Shown here: piece by piece, positions 57,897 to 64,000 of the stretch
Numbering within the stretch: the first letter of the stretch is position 1
Layout: each line of letters starts with the position of its first letter
Assembly: GCA_034421135.1 (NCBI GenBank)
Contig: DAOUKQ010000029.1
Location: 76,357-140,356, forward strand
Length of the DNA stretch: 64,000 nucleotides
DNA from: Dehalococcoidia bacterium
GTDB lineage: Bacteria > Chloroflexota > Dehalococcoidia > Bin125
Direction: 5' to 3'
Notes under the pieces: model-generated
What the model was told of the DNA's origin: nothing
What the model saw: only the letters and a program-made list of their open reading frames with translations
Database searches by the model: none
Translations under genes and position numbers: made by a program

Positions 57897-58002
57897 GCTA
57901 AGTCTCCTTCTTGGCCAGATTATCAGAAGCGAACAGATGTCTCTGTATCTCGCGTCGCGTGCTCGTTCGTCTAGTTTGCCAATCTCATGCGAACATAGCT
58001 GT

Positions 58003-58935
58003 ATGCCAACTGCCCTTGCGATTCGCGCACTGGCCTGCCTCGCCCGCTTCGTGCCCAGGGCGTGGCTCTACATCTTCGCCGAGGCTTCCGCTTCGCTTGC
58101 GATTCCATTCCTTGAGCGCCGTCGACTCCGCATTCGCAACAACCTGCAACGCATCCGACCCGATGACTCGGTCCGCCAACTGAACCGGGCGACCGCCGAG
58201 GTCATCGCCGAGACCGCCCGTTACTACGTCGACCTGGCGATCCTGCCTTCACTGACGCCGCAACAGGTGCTGGACGGCCACCTGCATGTCGCTGGTCTCG
58301 ACCACTTGCTCGATGCGCACCGAGCCGGACGCGGGGTTGTTCTGACCACGGCGCACATCTCCAATCCCGAGGTCGCGGTCAAGGCGCTGGCCGCCCTCGG
58401 CATCCCCGCTGTCGCGCTGGTCGAGCGGCTCGACGATCCGCGACATCTCGAAGCGGTCAACGCCGCTCGCACAGCCGTTGGGATTGAGTTCCTCACGGCT
58501 TCGCAGACCGGCGTAGCGTCCGCGTTGCGGTCCCTGCGAGACGGCGGCGTCGTCTGCATCCTCTGGGACCGAGACCGACAGGGCGGCGGCGCATGCGTAC
58601 CATTCTTCGGTCGCCAGGCGCGATTTCCCGTCGGCGCAATCGACCTCGCCATTCGCGCCGACGCCGATGTCCTGCCGCTCTACGCCGTCCGACGTCCCGG
58701 CCCCGACCGGCTGCAGTTCGATGTCACCTTTCTGCCGCCGCTGGAGCTGTTACTCAAAGGCAACCGAGCGCTCGACACCCGCACCAACATCGCCAACCTC
58801 GCTCGGATCTTCGAGCCGATCATCGCCCAATACGCCCATCTCTGGCGAGTTCCCGAGTCTCCCTGGGCGCCTTGCCGCGACACGCCATGGGACGATCCGC
58901 ATCCCCGCGATCAGCCTGCCAGAGTTGAGACATGA
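58003..58935 (+). CDS. Lysophospholipid acyltransferase (LPLAT; HtrB/PatA-like), second copy
   Basis: 310 aa from MPTALAIRAL; HISNPE H(x)4E/D motif, paralog of 55961..56827; ORF-track upstream 98 codons rejected. Confidence 0.6.
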   Translation: MPTALAIRALACLARFVPRAWLYIFAEASASLAIPFLERRRLRIRNNLQRIRPDDSVRQLNRATAEVIAETARYYVDLAILPSLTPQQVLDGHLHVAGLDHLLDAHRAGRGVVLTTAHISNPEVAVKALAALGIPAVALVERLDDPRHLEAVNAARTAVGIEFLTASQTGVASALRSLRDGGVVCILWDRDRQGGGACVPFFGRQARFPVGAIDLAIRADADVLPLYAVRRPGPDRLQFDVTFLPPLELLLKGNRALDTRTNIANLARIFEPIIAQYAHLWRVPESPWAPCRDTPWDDPHPRDQPARVET

Positions 58936-59684
58936 ATGAACCCAACCAGCCGCCGGGACGGGCCGATCTCCAGATTCACACTGAAGAATCGGACGGCATG
59001 GACGACGCGCTGACCATCCTCGACGCGGCGCACCGGCGAGGCGTCGACGTCATCGCGATCACCGATCACGACCAGACCCGAGGCGCGCACATCGCGCGCG
59101 AGGCGGCGGCCCGGGCCAATCATCCCGTCGAGGTGATCGTCGGCAGCGAGGTCACCAGCCGTCACGGGCACATCCTCGCGCTTTGGATCGAGGAACCGAT
59201 TCCCTTCTTTCGCAGCGCCGCGGCGACGGTCGAAGCGATCTGGAAGCAGGGCGGCATAGCGGTCATCGCCCATCCGGCCGCCGTGTTCCCGCTCGCACTG
59301 AGCATTGGCGACATCGACCGCCTCGTCCGAGACCTCTCTCCCGAACGAAGCGGCGACACGCCGCCGATCCTGGGCATCGAGACGGCGAACCCAATCCCCT
59401 CCGCCCGCTGGCGACGCAACTCCGTCATCCAGTCCAACCAACGCTGGCGCCTCGTCACCACCGGCGGCTCCGACGCGCATTTCCACGAGCAGGTCGGCTC
59501 TGCCGTGACAACCTTCGCCGGCCGAGACCAGTCCGCACTCCGAGCCGCGCTGACTCAGGGGTCGACCGCCGCCGAGTTCAACAGCTATCCCAGTCTGCGC
59601 GACGTAGGCGCAAGCCGGCTCATCCGTCAGCAGTGGCGAGGTCTCACCGCCACACCCAAAGCCCTCCTCCGGCGGCTCCGCTAG
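58932..59684 (+). CDS. PHP-domain metal-dependent phosphoesterase
   Basis: 250 aa; PHP motifs DLQIHTEESDG, ITDHD, IAHP, GGSDAH. Confidence 0.65.
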   Translation: MNEPNQPPGRADLQIHTEESDGMDDALTILDAAHRRGVDVIAITDHDQTRGAHIAREAAARANHPVEVIVGSEVTSRHGHILALWIEEPIPFFRSAAATVEAIWKQGGIAVIAHPAAVFPLALSIGDIDRLVRDLSPERSGDTPPILGIETANPIPSARWRRNSVIQSNQRWRLVTTGGSDAHFHEQVGSAVTTFAGRDQSALRAALTQGSTAAEFNSYPSLRDVGASRLIRQQWRGLTATPKALLRRLR

Positions 59685-59712
59685 GGCTCGTTCGCTTGAC
59701 CCTGTTGTTCCG

Positions 59713-60738
59713 TTGCCTGTCAAGCCGGCCAGGTACGTCCCCCGGCTGGCGCAGCCATCCTGGACCGATATACTGCGTGCATTGGTTCTAAGTTGGAGGT
59801 TGGCCGTGACGAGTCGGCGGGTCGAAGGACAAGCTCGCTTCGCCTCCTTGGCGGATGTTCAGCCTCCGTTTCGCTTCGGCAATCAGGTTCTGTACCTACA
59901 AGACTGTCGAGATTGGCTCCGAACCGCCGCGCGCGACAGCGTGCATGCAGTCGTTACTGACCCTCCATACGGCTTGCACGAGTACCAGCCGGTGCAGGTA
60001 TCGAAACTGCGGAATGGTCGAGGCGGAGTCTGGCGAATTCCCCCTTCCTTCGACGGCGCGCAGCGTCAACCCCTGCCGCGATTCACGGTCAACTCTCCTG
60101 CCGACCGGGCGGAGTTGCGTTCGTTCTTCCGCGAGTGGGCTGAACTGCTGCTGCCTGTGCTGCGACCGGGCGGGCATGTGTTCATCGCGAGCAATCAGCT
60201 CATGTCTCCGCTGGTGGCGTCGGCTCTGGAATCGGCTGGCTTCGAGCGGAGAGGAGAGATCGTGCGGCTCGTGAGGACCCTGCGGGGCGGCGATCGACCG
60301 AAGGGCGCCCACGAAGAGTTCGCCGATGTGAGCACGATGCCGCGATCATGTTGGGAACCGTGGGGCCTGTACCGGCGACCCCTGTCCGAGTCGACGGTCG
60401 CAGGCAATCTCCGGCGTTGGGGTGTGGGAGGACTGCGCAGGGTCTCCGAACAAACTCCATTCCTTGACGTGATCGACAGTGGCAAGACCCCGGCGGCGGA
60501 ACGAGCCATAGCGACACACCTTTCGGCCAAGCCTCAGCGGTTCTTGCGCCAGATCATCAGAGCCTCATTACCCACTGGTGAGGGTGTCGTACTTGATCCC
60601 TTCGCAGGTTGCGCCACCACGCTGGCTGCCGCCGAAGCCGTTGGCGTCCACGGCATCGGAGTTGAGATCGACCCCGACTACTGGGCGCGGGCGTGTGAAG
60701 CGATCGCCCCGCTCTCCGAGCTCCGGGTCGACCAATGA
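59713..60738 (+). CDS. DNA methyltransferase, beta-class N4-cytosine/N6-adenine (N6_N4_Mtase: motif IV before motif I), putative R-M modification subunit
   Basis: 341 aa (true start may be the internal GTG near 59806); motif IV VVTDPPYG then motif I VLDPFAGCATTLAAAEAVG near the C-terminus; ATGA overlap with the downstream gene. Confidence 0.65.
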   Translation: MPVKPARYVPRLAQPSWTDILRALVLSWRLAVTSRRVEGQARFASLADVQPPFRFGNQVLYLQDCRDWLRTAARDSVHAVVTDPPYGLHEYQPVQVSKLRNGRGGVWRIPPSFDGAQRQPLPRFTVNSPADRAELRSFFREWAELLLPVLRPGGHVFIASNQLMSPLVASALESAGFERRGEIVRLVRTLRGGDRPKGAHEEFADVSTMPRSCWEPWGLYRRPLSESTVAGNLRRWGVGGLRRVSEQTPFLDVIDSGKTPAAERAIATHLSAKPQRFLRQIIRASLPTGEGVVLDPFAGCATTLAAAEAVGVHGIGVEIDPDYWARACEAIAPLSELRVDQ

Positions 60739-61640
60739 CCAACGCGGAGTTCCGGTTCCTGCAGCCCATCGTTCCGGACCCTGCAGGACTAATCGATCCG
60801 ACCTCATTGCCCGAGCCTCTGCCCTACGGTCTGGCCCCAAGGCACATTCTCAGGACGGTGGAAGACGTACAAGATCTGATTCACCAACTGAACAGCGTGC
60901 TGCAGCAGTCATCCCACGAGCCCCTGGAGGACCTGCTGGACCGGGCGGCGTTCTCAGGGTTGATCAGCCGGACAGTCGCCGCTCGTCTGGCCGAGTCGCG
61001 ACCTGGGAGCCTCGTTGTCAACCGCTATCACAACGGTTATCCAGATCTGATCCCGAAGGGGCAATACCCAGGCGACGCCATTCAACGAGGCATCGGGCTG
61101 GAGGTCAAGGCCAGTCGCAGCGAGGGTAGCTGGCAGTCACATGGTCCGAGACCAGGCTGGTTCGTCGTGGTCCAGTTCGCAATCGACGAGTCGGAGGCAG
61201 TGGCTCGTCTTCAACGACTACCGACTGTTGTTCAAGCAGTGATGATGGCGAGGTTGACCGAAGCAGACTGGTCCTGGACGCCCGCGCGGGCCAATCGAAT
61301 CCGCAGCGGCACGGCCTCGGTCAAACCAAGCGGCAAGCTGAAACTGCGAAGAGGCGCGGTCTGGGTCGCACCTTCGTTTCGGGAGCGACATGACTATCTG
61401 CGGCAATCCCTCGTCGCCTCCGAGTTCAGACGAGATCTGTCACCGAGAGTGCTGGAACTGCTCGACACCGCTAATGAGGTACTCAACGCAGCATTGATCC
61501 GCGACCAGATTGAACTGCCCAGCGAACTGGACGAAGCCAAGGCTCTGGCAGCAGTCAAGTCGGTGCTCGCGAAGCTGCGACAGGAAGGCCGCGTCGAGTC
61601 CTCCGGCAACAGAGGCTTCTATCGCAGGTCGCGGAGCTGA
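60735..61640 (+). CDS. Putative Type II restriction endonuclease (PD-(D/E)xK fold), no recognisable family
   Basis: 301 aa; candidate core GYPDLIPKGQYPGDAIQRGIGLEVKAS (PD...ExK); translationally coupled (ATGA) to the MTase. Confidence 0.45.
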   Translation: MTNAEFRFLQPIVPDPAGLIDPTSLPEPLPYGLAPRHILRTVEDVQDLIHQLNSVLQQSSHEPLEDLLDRAAFSGLISRTVAARLAESRPGSLVVNRYHNGYPDLIPKGQYPGDAIQRGIGLEVKASRSEGSWQSHGPRPGWFVVVQFAIDESEAVARLQRLPTVVQAVMMARLTEADWSWTPARANRIRSGTASVKPSGKLKLRRGAVWVAPSFRERHDYLRQSLVASEFRRDLSPRVLELLDTANEVLNAALIRDQIELPSELDEAKALAAVKSVLAKLRQEGRVESSGNRGFYRRSRS

Positions 61641-61664
61641 CGAAAGGCGCGCCGGCCAACCCTC

Positions 61665-62696
61665 ATGCGCATTGCCCACTTGCTTCCTTACGACCTCCGG
61701 CAGCCGGGTGGGGTTCAGACGCACACGCTGGCGTTGTCCGAGGGGTTGCGACGGTTGGGGCACGAGTCGGTGGTGTTTGGGCCTGAACGGGCGTTTCGGG
61801 TCTCGCTCGGCGGGACTCGGGCTGATTTGGCGTTCCACCCTGGCGACCTGCTGAAGCTTCGGGAGTTTCTGCGCCGACCTCACGACATCCTCCACATCCA
61901 GGAACCGATGCTGCCGATGCTTGGGCCACTGGGGCTGTTGCATCCGGGCGGTGCGCCGGTGGTGGTCACGTTGCACTCCGCCGAGGCGCTCGCGGGGCGG
62001 TTCTACCGCTCGACGGCTACGCTGACCCGATTCTTGCTTCGCCGCGCCGACGCCATCATCTGCGCCACTGCGGTATCGCGAGACGTCGCGGCGGCCTCCT
62101 TGCCGCGCGCCCCCGAGCTGATCCCTCCATGCCTCGACCTGTCGGCGTTTCGCGCAGTAAGCGAGCAGCGGGAGCCGGGGTTGGTGTTGTTCGTCGGACG
62201 CGACGAACCGCGTAAGGGACTCTCGGTGATCGTGAGCGCGATGAAGCGCCTTCCACACGCTCGCCTGGTCGTCGCAGGTCCGGTGCGGGAATCAACCCGG
62301 CGCAGTGCCGGGGCGCAGACCACCTTTCTCGGAGCCGTACCTCATGAGCAGATTCCCCAACTGTTGGCGACAGCGTCGTGCGCAGTCTTCCCCGCTACCG
62401 GCGGCGAGGCGCTCGGCCTGGTGCTGATCGAGGCGATGGCCTCGGGATTGCCGGTGATCGCATCCGACATTCCCGGCTACCGGATCGCTTCCGACGACGG
62501 CCGATCCGCCGTGCTCACGCCTGCCAACGACCCGGCCGCGTTGGCGCAGCATATTGAAGCGCTTCTCAACAATGATCCAAGACGAGCCGAGCTTGCGGCA
62601 CTCGGCCGCTGCAATGCCCGACGATTCGATGCCGATACGGTCGCGCAGCAGCACCTGGACCTGTATCACTCCCTCGTTCAGCCCTACTCTGGGTGA
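61665..62696 (+). CDS. Glycosyltransferase family 4 (PimA/PimB-like mannosyltransferase candidate)
   Basis: 343 aa; GT-B fold, N-terminal MRIAHLLPYDLRQPGGVQTH, C-terminal EALGLVLIEAMASGLPVIASD (E-x7-E region). Confidence 0.65.
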   Translation: MRIAHLLPYDLRQPGGVQTHTLALSEGLRRLGHESVVFGPERAFRVSLGGTRADLAFHPGDLLKLREFLRRPHDILHIQEPMLPMLGPLGLLHPGGAPVVVTLHSAEALAGRFYRSTATLTRFLLRRADAIICATAVSRDVAAASLPRAPELIPPCLDLSAFRAVSEQREPGLVLFVGRDEPRKGLSVIVSAMKRLPHARLVVAGPVRESTRRSAGAQTTFLGAVPHEQIPQLLATASCAVFPATGGEALGLVLIEAMASGLPVIASDIPGYRIASDDGRSAVLTPANDPAALAQHIEALLNNDPRRAELAALGRCNARRFDADTVAQQHLDLYHSLVQPYSG

Positions 62697-63593
62697 GTGA
62701 AGCTTCTCCGCTGCTCCGTCGTATTGGCTGCTATCGCAGTGCTGGGACTGTTTGTCGTCCTCACACCAAGTCTGTCCGCTCAAGCGCCGTCGCATGAATG
62801 GGTCGCGGCCGAGACCAACGACCTGACCCTCTGGCACACGCAGGGGGAGATTCGGGCGGAGGACCTCGCCAATCATGGACAAGGCGCGTACGACCTCGTC
62901 AGCGACCTGATCGACACCTCGATTGACCAGCGCCTCGCATTGATCGTCTGGCCGCAGGGCGGCGATCCGTCCGACGCTTCCGCCTGGCCCGAGGGCATCG
63001 AGGACGATTGGCTGGTCCTGCATGTCATGCGCAACGCATCGGGCGACGTGCGCAACGCGGTCACCAATGCGCTGATCAGCGCAGCCGCAGCGCCTCACGC
63101 CGATCAGGTGCCGCTCTGGATGCGTTCGGCGATGGGCTTCTGGTCGCAGGGCCCACTGCCCGGCTTCTACCTCAGGCGCGCCGGATCGGTGATTCTCTTC
63201 GACCATGAGGATTACTACAGCTTCGAGCAGCTTGAGACGACTCCAACCACCTGGCAGTTCCAGGCCAAGTACTTCGGACAGGCCGGCGGCATGTTGGCCT
63301 GGATGATTCAGGACTGGGGCACCGAAGCGCTGGCCGAACTGTTCCGCCTGACGGGATCAGGCGTGCCCTTCTACGACGCCCTGGAGCAGGTGTACGGCAT
63401 TCCGCAGGAGAAGTTCATCGACGAGTTCACCGGCAACGCCGAGCGTGCGCTGCTGCTGCTCTGGCCCTACATCGAGCCGCAGGATCGGCCGTTCTACGAG
63501 ACGCTGAACCTCAACCACGTGATCATGATCGCCGCCGCCATTCCCCTGGCCATCCTGTTCTTCTTTATCGGTAAACGGCTGTTTTACGACTGA
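62697..63593 (+). CDS. Secreted/membrane-anchored hypothetical protein
   Basis: 298 aa; signal peptide, C-terminal TM helix IMIAAAIPLAILFFFIG. Confidence 0.4.
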   Translation: MKLLRCSVVLAAIAVLGLFVVLTPSLSAQAPSHEWVAAETNDLTLWHTQGEIRAEDLANHGQGAYDLVSDLIDTSIDQRLALIVWPQGGDPSDASAWPEGIEDDWLVLHVMRNASGDVRNAVTNALISAAAAPHADQVPLWMRSAMGFWSQGPLPGFYLRRAGSVILFDHEDYYSFEQLETTPTTWQFQAKYFGQAGGMLAWMIQDWGTEALAELFRLTGSGVPFYDALEQVYGIPQEKFIDEFTGNAERALLLLWPYIEPQDRPFYETLNLNHVIMIAAAIPLAILFFFIGKRLFYD

Positions 63594-63670
63594 ATTCAAT
63601 ACCCGGCTCAGTGCGTCGCCATGTCTGTGTAGAGTGAATCGACGGCGGCTGGGACTTCTCAGAGATCAAC

Positions 63671-64000
63671 GTGTCTCTTCTTCCCCACTCGATATCTCGC
63701 GACTTCTCCGAGCGACTCGGCCGGACTGTCGCGCGCACCGGTCTGACCCCGAATGCGCTCACGGTCATCGGCTTGCTCGGCATGGGCGGCGCTGCGACGC
63801 TCGCCGCCTTCGGGATGTTCTGGCAGGCGGGAATCGTCATGCTCGCCGCCGCCGCGTTCGACATGCTTGACGGCGCCGTCGCGCGTGCGACTGATCGCGC
63901 CACCGATTGGGGCGCGGTCTTCGACGCCGTCTCCGATCGGCTCGCCGACTTCGCCCTGCTCTTTGGCCTGTTGATCTGGTACAGCGACGGCGATCGTTAC
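63671..64000 (+). CDS. CDP-alcohol phosphatidyltransferase (phosphatidylinositol-phosphate synthase-like), truncated at window end
   Basis: GTG start; D-G-x2-A-R...G-x3-D-x3-D motif DMLDGAVARATDRATDWGAVFDAVSDRLAD; runs off the window, so absent from the ORF track. Confidence 0.65.
   Translation, partial: MSLLPHSISRDFSERLGRTVARTGLTPNALTVIGLLGMGGAATLAAFGMFWQAGIVMLAAAAFDMLDGAVARATDRATDWGAVFDAVSDRLADFALLFGLLIWYSDGDRY

Overview
This is a high-GC (~67-68%) bacterial chromosomal segment with dense coding on both strands. The gene content (many Uma2/DUF820 genes, an inositol-lipid locus, CaiB-type CoA-transferases, a Sec-containing SelD) would fit a Chloroflexi-like or actinobacterial genome; I cannot name the organism from sequence alone.

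Housekeeping genes I recognise:
- tRNA-Arg and tRNA-His.
- mgtE, ogt, and selD, which contains an in-frame UGA (selenocysteine) with its true start upstream of the listed ORF.
- lhgO, recJ, fabF, nnr, acpS, folD, and prfB, which carries the canonical programmed +1 frameshift (CUU UGA C).
- ino1 with an inositol monophosphatase.
- A phosphatidylinositol / phosphatidylinositol-mannoside-like lipid locus: two lysophospholipid acyltransferases, a family-4 glycosyltransferase, and a CDP-alcohol phosphatidyltransferase truncated at the window end.
- A catabolic set: five CaiB/BaiF CoA-transferase domains (two fused in one 809-aa ORF), tandem MaoC hydratases, a crotonase and a zinc alcohol dehydrogenase.

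Accessory and mobile content is heavy:
- Two candidate Type II restriction-modification pairs, each a methyltransferase translationally coupled to a PD-(D/E)xK nuclease (9477-11608 and 59713-61640).
- Two hicB-hicA toxin-antitoxin pairs, one with a perfect LexA (Cheo-type) box in its promoter.
- A two-gene module at 56852-57896 in which a HEPN protein of the Ymh/TIGR02391 family (R-x4-H motif) is paired with an unknown upstream partner, wedged between the two acyltransferase genes.
- A phage-derived scaffold/capsid/holin/endolysin cassette (19892-23392) with a near-consensus LexA box (TGAACATATGTTCG) in its upstream region.
- An orphan phage terminase large subunit next to tRNA-His.
- Six Uma2-family (DUF820) endonuclease paralogs. 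Two of them sit in a ~950-bp tandem duplication whose breakpoints lie inside ogt and selD.
- A family of MITE/REP-like palindromic repeats at 7 or more loci, one of which forms the in-frame linker of the fused CoA-transferase.

No CRISPR array, rRNA, integrase or transposase was found.
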